A DNA stretch of 63,844 nt, counting the filler, from Octopus bimaculoides (taxonomy: Eukaryota): assembly GCF_001194135.2 (NCBI RefSeq). It is 6 parts of 6 records of this genome, joined end to end, with 100 filler letters (N's around TTAATTAATTAA, not from the genome) between each part and the next. Parts side by side here need not be neighbours in the genome. Positions count along the whole stretch, not along the records: positions 62,015 to 63,844 come from NC_068985.1; 5 more parts are not named here. The stretch is one strand, 5' to 3'. The notes under the pieces were generated by a model, which saw only the letters and a program-made list of their open reading frames with translations, was not told the origin of the DNA and searched no databases. The translations under genes were made by a program, and so were the position numbers. This document shows positions 62,370-63,844 of this stretch, one piece after another (position 1 is the stretch's first letter; each line of letters starts with the position of its first letter).

Positions 62370-63844
62370 AAATGGAAATGGGATGGTGAACGTTTAATGC
62401 TGAAAAGAAAAATCAAACAGTATTTCAACTCTGAGTATATGTATGTGTGCATATACAAGGAAAGTATATGAATGTATCTGCGATTATTATGTACTTTATT
62501 TTATACCTTAATACAACAATTAGTCGTCATTTTTGATGACACAGGGTCAGCTAGTATATATAAATATATATACATATAAATTGTATAAATCTAAACAGAG
62601 CTAACTTTAAACTGATTGGAACAATTGTTTCAAATCTAGATTCTTTTCAGTGTGCATTCAGTGTAGTGACTATATTGCATTGATAGCGTTGTACACTGGA
62701 GATATTTTACTTCCTCATTTAATAACACATAAAAAAAATGTTTGTATTTAAATACGACGCACTTAGACAATACTTTGTGGCCTAGTTATTAGCTAGTCAA
62801 CTACTTGAGTTTTATAGTGTTTTTTTTTAGTTTTTGATTCTAATGTAAGAGTGAAACAACTTTCCAATAGATACGTTGTGTTATAGTTGATAATTAATTT
62901 ATTATTTATGTATATAATAGTGTAATTTTTTTTAACAATATGTTTTTAATTCAAGCAATCTTATAAGTGATTTGATCTGAACTCATATGATCATGAGATA
63001 GGAACTGAAGATATAACAACTTGTTTAGGATATTTTGATAAAATCAACTAAAGTCAAGTTAAAACCAAGAGGGTTGGATAAAACAATAAACTGCAGTAAA
63101 AATATGTAATCAATTGAATGAATACTAGCACAGGGGCTACTTTTATATCCCTAGTATGGAAATTGTTTATATGACAATTATTTAAATTTTATTTACATTT
63201 TTTTAGCTCATCATAATTTCCTTCTCGATAACTATAAATTGCTAACCTAAGAATCCCCATGAAAAATTTTCCCAGGTATGTCAGTGTTCCTTATTTGCTT
63301 GTGTAAAAATATCCAATTGAATAATATAATATACTGCTTCATCTGTCTTCCTCCTCCTCCAGCAGTGTTAACTGTTGGATCCCTAAAAAGCTGTACATAC
63401 ATTATGAAAGTGCTATAACAAAATATATGATGGTCACCTTTAAATAAGTTAATGTGATTCACCTTTCTTAAAATTTACTGGAGGCCAGTACTTACTTGTC
63501 TGCTATCCCTTTGTCTTCCAATGATATTGGAAGAACACAATGTTAGTTATGAAAAGACCTAACATAAGACCTTTCATCTTTACTGCATTAAATCATTTGT
63601 CATATAACCATTAAACATGAAAGCATTTTCCAACAAACCTTTTGAGAAAGACAAATTTCATATTGTACCTTTAATGCACTACGCTTGAATAAGCAAAATA
63701 ATAAAAACAAGATGGTTGTCACTGGAATGCCTTTATTATAGATTTGCTCAAATAGCACCACCTCCACCACCAATATCAACAACAATAAAAACACTATCCA
63801 AACTTCCTTATTATTGGAAGACACAATATATATATATATATATA

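Noticed and set aside
63485-63585. Candidate minus-strand coding exon ending at a GTAAGT donor (~63490)
   Set aside because: The frames I checked hit stop codons within the putative exon, and no homology was recognised.

Overview
AT-rich eukaryotic genomic DNA, very likely octopus. This is an inference from the dense TA/CA/GATA/TTA microsatellites, cephalopod-type tRNA-derived SINEs, effector-less C2H2 zinc-finger arrays starting MPKELGKSP, and 100-bp N44-TTAATTAATTAA-N44 gap placeholders. Three host loci are supported, all on the minus strand: an orphan class A GPCR with an uninterrupted ORF (34515-35732), an intact 19-finger C2H2 gene (41605-43236) and a frameshifted 16-finger paralog (49017-50379). 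A compact CpG-rich promoter-like element lies between the two ZNF genes (~45790-45980). It has a CRE palindrome, ETS sites and outward-facing splice donors on both strands. The rest is layered mobile DNA: a Dong/R4-type LINE inside a (TAA)n tract, a CR1/L2-type LINE interrupted by a mariner whose 3' tail matches the commonest SINE, RTE, Gypsy and Chapaev-like fossils, Penelope-type remnants with minimal hammerhead ribozyme folds, mariner and hAT MITEs, and monomeric or dimeric SINEs. CpG content drops sharply from about 40 kb onward. I found no prokaryotic features, CRISPR arrays, true tRNA genes or rRNA genes. Boundaries of degenerate repeats are by-eye estimates, and TE family names come from motif recognition, not database searches.
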